Both the position numbers and the translations under genes were made by a program. Below, piece by piece: positions 53,408 through 58,113 of a stretch of 58,113 bases of DNA; positions within the stretch are counted from its first letter, which is position 1, and each line of letters begins with the position of its first letter. The notes below the pieces were generated by a model. That model saw nothing but the letters and a program-made list of their open reading frames with translations, was not told the origin of the DNA and did no database searches. Source of the DNA: Eubacteriales bacterium (GTDB lineage Bacteria; Bacillota; Clostridia; Oscillospirales; CAG-272). The DNA lies in contig JAZUAS010000046.1 of the NCBI GenBank assembly GCA_045638125.1, forward strand, positions 1 through 58,113, written 5' to 3'.

Positions 53408-54597
53408 TGGAAATGAACATAAAACTTGATTACAGCGACGTTTCTTTTAAGAACGACGGCAGACTTAAGCTTCTTATCATCGTTGGCACTCGCCCCGAGA
53501 TCATCCGTCTTGCGGCGGTAATAAACAAGTGCCGTAAGTATTTCGATTGCGTTCTCGCCCACACGGGTCAGAACTACGACTACAACCTCAACGGCGTGTT
53601 CTTCAAGGATCTGAAGCTCGACGCTCCCGAGGTCTATATGGATGCCGTGGGTGACGATCTTGGCGCGACGGTCGGCAATATCATCAACTGCTCATATAAG
53701 CTGATGAACACGATCAAGCCCGACGCTCTCCTTATTCTCGGCGACACCAACTCCTGTCTTTCCGCTATCGCGGCAAAGAGACTTCACCTCCCAATCTTCC
53801 ACATGGAGGCGGGCAACCGTTGCAAGGACGAGTGCTTACCTGAGGAGACCAACCGCCGCATAGTTGACATCATTTCCGACGTTAACCTTGCATACTCCGA
53901 GCAGGCGAGAACCTATCTCCACGATTGCGGTCTCCCCAAGGAGAGAACCTACGTTACAGGCTCTCCTATGGCAGAGGTGCTTCACGAAAATCTTGACGAG
54001 ATCAGAGCCAGCGACGTTCACGCGCGCCTTGGACTTGAAAAGAAGAAGTACATTCTCCTCTCGGCGCATAGAGAAGAGAATATCGACACCGAAAAGAACT
54101 TTTTGTCGCTCTTTACGGCGATAAACAAGATGGCAGAGAAGTACGATATGCCCGTTCTTTATTCCTGTCACCCAAGAAGTAAAAAGAGACTTGAAGCAAG
54201 CGGATTTCAGCTTGACAAAAGAGTTATTTGCAACCAGCCTCTCGGCTTCCACGACTACAACTGCTTGCAGATGAACGCCTTTGCGGTGGTGTCCGATAGC
54301 GGCACTCTCCCCGAGGAAAGCTCCTTCTTTACAAGCGTAGGCAATCCTTTCCCTGCGGTCTGCATAAGAACATCTACCGAGCGTCCCGAAGCGCTTGACA
54401 AGGCCTGCTTTATCCTTGCGGGTATTGACGAAAACTCACTGCTTCAGGCGGTAGATACCGCAGTTTCCATGACCGAGGCAGGCGACCACGGCATCCCCGT
54501 GCCTACCTACGTTGACGAAAACGTTTCCACCAAGGTGGTTAAAATCATTCAGTCCTACACGGGCGTAGTAAATAAGATGGTCTGGAGAAAATTCTGA
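53407..54597 (+). CDS. fnlC: UDP-N-acetylglucosamine 2-epimerase, non-hydrolysing (CapG/FnlC/WbjD type)
   Basis: 396 aa. It has KLLIIVGTRPEIIRLA, HTGQNYD, GDTNS, HMEAGNR and PEE.NRR. Confidence 0.9.
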   Translation: MEMNIKLDYSDVSFKNDGRLKLLIIVGTRPEIIRLAAVINKCRKYFDCVLAHTGQNYDYNLNGVFFKDLKLDAPEVYMDAVGDDLGATVGNIINCSYKLMNTIKPDALLILGDTNSCLSAIAAKRLHLPIFHMEAGNRCKDECLPEETNRRIVDIISDVNLAYSEQARTYLHDCGLPKERTYVTGSPMAEVLHENLDEIRASDVHARLGLEKKKYILLSAHREENIDTEKNFLSLFTAINKMAEKYDMPVLYSCHPRSKKRLEASGFQLDKRVICNQPLGFHDYNCLQMNAFAVVSDSGTLPEESSFFTSVGNPFPAVCIRTSTERPEALDKACFILAGIDENSLLQAVDTAVSMTEAGDHGIPVPTYVDENVSTKVVKIIQSYTGVVNKMVWRKF

Positions 54598-54620
54598 TTT
54601 TTTTGAGAAAGGAGCGCAGA

Positions 54621-55805
54621 ATGAACGAATTAAATAATATGTTTTTCGCGCTTTTGCGCTCGGTCTTATGCGGAGCGACGCTTGACAAGAGCCTTTTCCG
54701 CGACTTAGACGAGGAAAAGCTCGAAAGGCTTTATGAAATATCCAAAAGCCATGATCTTGCTCACCTTGTGGGCGCGGCGTTAGATGTCGCGGGTCTTCTT
54801 AAGCTCGGTGAAACATCTGAAAAGTTTGCAAATCAGCAGTACATGGCTGTTTTTCGTTATGAAAATATCAAATACGAGCAAGATAGAATACGCAAAGCGC
54901 TGGATGAAGCAGGAATAGCGTATGTTCCTCTTAAGGGTATGGTCATTCGCGACCTATATCCCGAGCCTTGGATGAGAACGAGCTGCGATATCGATGTTCT
55001 GGTTAGAGATAGCGAAGTAGATAAGGCAGCAGAAGCTCTCGTGAGCGCCCTCGGTTACGTTCTAGATCCGAGAAGGAGTTTTCATGATGTTTTGCTCCAT
55101 TCTGAGAGTGGTGTGCATCTTGAACTTCATTACAATATTAATGAAAATATTCCCGCAATAGATCAAGTGCTTACGCGAGTGTGGGAATATGCTTATCCTT
55201 TAGCCGAAGACAGAAGTGAGTATAGGCTCACAAAGGAATTTTTCATTTTCCATTTGGTAACCCATGCGTCCTATCATTTTGTAAACGGCGGATGCGGAAT
55301 TCGACCGATATATGATATTTGGCTTATGACCAAGGACGGCAGATATGATAGAAATAAGGTTTTATCGTTGTGCCGTGAAGGAAATTTGGAAAGATTTTTC
55401 TGCGCATTGGAAGAATTGGGCAAGGTTTGGTTTGAAGATCTCAAGCATGACGACGTAACACTAAATGTCGAAAGATACATCCTTTCGGGTGGTGTATATG
55501 GCACACAAGAGGCTAAGATTGCAGTGGTGCGCAAGTCCAAAGGCGGTAAGATCAGATATGTTTTTTCGAGAATGTTCGTATCATATGAGCATTTAAAATT
55601 CAAATATCCGTCTTTGAAATGCAAGGCTTTAGTGCCGATATATCAAGTACGTCGATGGTTTTCAGTTATCAAAGAAGGGAAGCTTTCAAGTTCTCTGACA
55701 GAGTATCGAATTAATCAAAATTTGAATAAGGATAAAGTAGATGAAATCGGAGCTCTTATGGATGAACTGGAATTAGAAAATTTGATAAAAAGAAAACAGC
55801 GTTAA
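54621..55805 (+). CDS. Uncharacterised nucleotidyltransferase-like protein (NTP_transf_5-like)
   Basis: ATG 54621 follows AAAGGAG. It has LKGMVIRDLYPEPWMRTSCDIDVLVRDSEVDKAAEAL..LGY and LHSESGVHLELHY (Pol-beta-type NTase pattern). Confidence 0.55.
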   Translation: MNELNNMFFALLRSVLCGATLDKSLFRDLDEEKLERLYEISKSHDLAHLVGAALDVAGLLKLGETSEKFANQQYMAVFRYENIKYEQDRIRKALDEAGIAYVPLKGMVIRDLYPEPWMRTSCDIDVLVRDSEVDKAAEALVSALGYVLDPRRSFHDVLLHSESGVHLELHYNINENIPAIDQVLTRVWEYAYPLAEDRSEYRLTKEFFIFHLVTHASYHFVNGGCGIRPIYDIWLMTKDGRYDRNKVLSLCREGNLERFFCALEELGKVWFEDLKHDDVTLNVERYILSGGVYGTQEAKIAVVRKSKGGKIRYVFSRMFVSYEHLKFKYPSLKCKALVPIYQVRRWFSVIKEGKLSSSLTEYRINQNLNKDKVDEIGALMDELELENLIKRKQR

Positions 55806-55832
55806 CGCATTTGCGTTAACGCTGTTTTCTTC
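55793..55832 (+). terminator. Rho-independent terminator closing the polysaccharide locus
   Basis: AAAACAGCGTTAACGC-ATTT-GCGTTAACGCTGTTTT, a 16-bp perfect stem. The stop codon lies within the stem. Confidence 0.8.
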
Positions 55833-55863
55833 AAAAAAAGGCAGTCGCCCTGGCGACTGCCTT
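55832..55863 (-). terminator. Rho-independent terminator of the permease gene
   Basis: AAGGCAGTCGCC-CTG-GCGACTGCCTT. On the minus strand it is followed by T7. Confidence 0.8.
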
Positions 55864-55875
55864 AAATATTTTTTA

Positions 55876-57303
55876 TCAATTATTATTTGATTCTTTGTCA
55901 GCGTTCTCGTCGCTGTTCTTTCTCGCCTTGTTAACCAAGAGGTTGGTAAGGATACCGAGAATAAGAGCGCAAGCGATAGCGGTGATAGTAACCTGACCAA
56001 AAGTAAGGGCAAGTCCACCGATACCGGAGATAAGGATTACCGAAACGGTAAAGAGATTTGCGTTCTGCTCGAGGTCTACCTTCTGGGTCATCTTAAGACC
56101 GGAAACTGCGATGAATCCGTAAAGAGCCATACAAACGCCACCCATTACGCAAGAGGGAATGGAGTTAACGAATGCAACAAAGGGAGCGAGGAAGGAGATA
56201 GCAATTGCTACGATTGCGGTGGTAACGATAGTGACAACAGATGCATTACCGGTAATAGCTACACAACCAACGCTCTCGCCGTATGTGGTATTGGGGCATC
56301 CGCCGAAAAATGCTCCTGCCATAGAACCAATACCGTCACCAAGAAGGGTTCTGTGAAGACCGGGATCCTCAAGAAGGTCGTGCTCGATGATGGAGGAGAT
56401 GTTCTTGTGGTCTGCAAGGTGCTCTGCGAATACAACGAAAGCAACGGGAGCATATGCAACGGCAACTGTCGCGATGTAAGGACCATTGATCTCCTTAAAT
56501 CCACCAAGTGCATTGAGGAAGGAGAACTCGGGGAGAGTTATAAAGGTGCTGAAGTTAACTCCCTCTGCAACAAGATTCTGGAAAGGAGCGAAGTTTATAA
56601 TCTTAAGGGCATCGATACCGGAAACGTTACCGATGACGGTGAAAATGGTTGCAACTGTATATCCTGCAAGAATGCCGAAAATGAAAGGGATGAGCTTAAG
56701 CATCTTTTTGCCGTAAACCGAGCAAATAATTGTAACGGCAAGGGTTACGAGACCGCAAACAAGAGCGATCTTGGGGTCGCCTCCTGCGGGAGCGGTCTGG
56801 AGGTCACCAACTGCATTTCCCGCGAGGGAAAGACCGATAATGGTAACTGTGGGACCGATAACAACAGCGGGCATAAGCTTATTGATCCACTTAACGCCTG
56901 CGAACTTAACGATAATGGCAATAACAACGTACACGAGACCTGCGATGATAGCACCGAGGATAAGTCCAACATAACCAAGAGCCATAGAGGATGCACCGGC
57001 GAATGCCGCTGTCATAGAGCCGAGGAATGCGAAGGAAGAGCCAAGGAATACGGGGCTACGGAATTTGGTGAAGAGAAGGTACACGAGAGTACCAATACCT
57101 GCACCAAAGAGAGCAACAGTTGAACTCATAGGAGCTGTAAGCTGCCAAGAGATGTTGCCATTGGTAATCATTTCGGCAACGTTGCTGTTGATGATTACGG
57201 GAACAACGAGAGTCGCCGCCATAATTGCGAGGAGCTGCTGGATTGCAAAGACGATAACCTGTCCAAATTTAGGCTTGTCCTTTACACCGTAGATAAGTTT
57301 CAT
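55876..57303 (-). CDS. Nucleobase:cation symporter-2 (NCS2) family uracil/xanthine permease
   Basis: 475-aa polytopic protein. The N-terminus KPKFGQVIVFAIQQLLAIMAATLVVPVI and the block NTTYGESVGCVAITG are typical of UraA/PyrP-type carriers. Confidence 0.8.
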   Translation of the reverse strand: MKLIYGVKDKPKFGQVIVFAIQQLLAIMAATLVVPVIINSNVAEMITNGNISWQLTAPMSSTVALFGAGIGTLVYLLFTKFRSPVFLGSSFAFLGSMTAAFAGASSMALGYVGLILGAIIAGLVYVVIAIIVKFAGVKWINKLMPAVVIGPTVTIIGLSLAGNAVGDLQTAPAGGDPKIALVCGLVTLAVTIICSVYGKKMLKLIPFIFGILAGYTVATIFTVIGNVSGIDALKIINFAPFQNLVAEGVNFSTFITLPEFSFLNALGGFKEINGPYIATVAVAYAPVAFVVFAEHLADHKNISSIIEHDLLEDPGLHRTLLGDGIGSMAGAFFGGCPNTTYGESVGCVAITGNASVVTIVTTAIVAIAISFLAPFVAFVNSIPSCVMGGVCMALYGFIAVSGLKMTQKVDLEQNANLFTVSVILISGIGGLALTFGQVTITAIACALILGILTNLLVNKARKNSDENADKESNNN

Positions 57304-57376
57304 AAAGAATCCTCCATTATGAAAATTTTATTTTAACAGAATGTCATTTGACAAAAAACGACACCTATCAAAAAAT

Positions 57377-57405
57377 ATTTTAACATATAGGTAAGAATTT
57401 GTAAA
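57377..57405 (-). promoter_or_regulatory. Candidate promoter of the permease gene
   Basis: On the minus strand: TTTACA (57405-57400), 17-nt spacer, TAAAAT (57382-57377). Confidence 0.4.
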
Positions 57406-57509
57406 TACTTTTTTATCAAATTGCCTATTGCTCATTTGTAGAAAAACGCTCTCGGAAACTGTGCATAATCGACAAAAAACAAAAATTGCCGTCAAAGCAC
57501 AATATTTTG

Positions 57510-57538
57510 ATTGACAATCTTGTTAAAAAGGTTTATAA
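57510..57538 (+). promoter_or_regulatory. Promoter of the RpiR-family gene
   Basis: TTGACA (57510-57515), 17-nt spacer, TATAAT (57533-57538). Confidence 0.6.
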
Positions 57539-57592
57539 TATAAGATGTATCATTTTGCGCTAAAGTTTTGACCGAAAGGTAAGGTTTTTGCT

Positions 57593-58090
57593 TTGAAAAC
57601 AGATATTTTGAAATATATTGACGAGAATTATTCGAGTTTTTCTAAAGGACAGAAGCAGATCGCATCATACATTGGCGAGCATTACGACAAGGCGGCTTAT
57701 ATGACCGCGGCAAAACTCGGACGAGAGGTTGGTGTCAGTGAATCAACTGTCGTGCGATTTGTTATCGAGCTTGGTTTTGATGGTTATCCCGATTTTCAGC
57801 GCTCTCTAAAGGAGCTTATACGCGCCAAGCTGACCGCGGTGCAAAGAGTGGAGGTTACCAATAGCCTTATCGGCGAGGGTGACGTGCTTGAAAAGGTCCT
57901 CTGTTCGGATATGGACAAGATAAAAAGAACTCTTGAGGGTATCGACAAGGAGGCATTTGATGCCGCTGTCAAGAATATAATCGACGCGAAAACCGTATAT
58001 ATTTTGGGTATGCGTGCGTCCTCTTATCTTGCAGGATTCCTCAATTATAGCTTCAGAATGATCTCTGATAACGTGCGTCTTATTCAGACC
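57593..58090 (+). CDS. MurR/RpiR-family transcriptional regulator (HTH plus start of SIS domain), 3' truncated at contig end
   Basis: Absent from the ORF track (no stop in the window). TTG start at 57593 lies 8 nt after AAAGGTAAGG. Translation is MKTDILKYIDENYSSFSKGQKQIASYIGEHYDKAAYMTAAKLGREVGVSESTVVRFVIELGFDGYPDF...TVYILGMRASSYLAGFL. The frame runs into adapter at 58091. Confidence 0.75.
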
Positions 58091-58113
58091 AAGTCGGATC
58101 GTAGCCATGTCGT
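58091..58113 (+). other. Sequencing-adapter remnant at contig end (first 23 nt of the BGISEQ/MGI adapter)
   Basis: AAGTCGGATCGTAGCCATGTCGT is the 5' part of the same adapter whose full reverse complement occupies 1-42. Confidence 0.85.

Noticed and set aside
1-58113. Looked for defence or mobile systems: CRISPR-Cas, restriction-modification, toxin-antitoxin, retron or DGR reverse transcriptase, transposases
   Set aside because: No repeat-spacer array was found. No ORF in the track or in my reading showed nuclease, methylase, RT or transposase signatures. The only recombination enzyme is the tyrosine recombinase at 8314-9156.

Overview
The window appears to be one complete ~58.1-kb metagenome-assembled contig. 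Both termini carry BGISEQ/MGI adapter sequence (1-42 and 58091-58113), so native DNA is about 43-58090. Gene content and signals (AGGAGG-type RBSs, TTGACA-17-TATAAT promoters, SipW, GlpP, Wzx/Wzy glycan locus) suggest a Gram-positive, Clostridia-like gut bacterium; this is inference. Layout, left to right: (1) glnA 5' part, an alanine/sodium symporter, and tRNA-Leu(CAG) with a degenerate partial tRNA copy. (2) A minus-strand five-gene operon: zinc-ribbon protein, SipW-type signal peptidase, one stand-alone TasA/camelysin-like protein, and two TasA-like N-domains fused to beta-helix or GLUG-like C-domains. Upstream of it lies a 266-bp segment bounded by 26-bp perfect inverted repeats. The segment contains an insulated consensus promoter and sits next to a small tyrosine recombinase, so it is a candidate phase-variation switch. 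(3) Two tandem paralogous giant lipoprotein genes (1480 and ~1726 aa) of unrecognised family. They share a promoter/direct-repeat architecture and are followed by an AraC regulator, a PL8-like polysaccharide lyase and an M14-like peptidase. (4) A glycerol-3-phosphate oxidoreductase trio plus the GlpP antiterminator, with leader terminators. (5) A ~27-kb plus-strand Wzx/Wzy surface-polysaccharide locus (28841-55805). It combines a DegT aminotransferase, a priming phosphoglycosyltransferase, five ATP-grasp ligases, a DctM-like permease, five GT4 glycosyltransferases, a flippase and a polymerase. It also holds a phosphonate module (nucleotidyltransferase-cytidylyltransferase-PEP mutase fusion, Fe-alcohol dehydrogenase, phosphonopyruvate decarboxylase), the L-FucNAc genes (CapE/F/G-like) and an NTP_transf_5-like protein. 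No Wzz/tyrosine-kinase or LCP gene is visible in the window. (6) An NCS2 uracil/xanthine permease and a truncated RpiR-family regulator. The most interesting items are the putative inverton controlling a modular TasA-like fibre operon, the ATP-grasp-rich phosphonate-bearing glycan locus, and the uncharacterised giant lipoprotein pair. All family assignments come from reading the translations; no database search was run.
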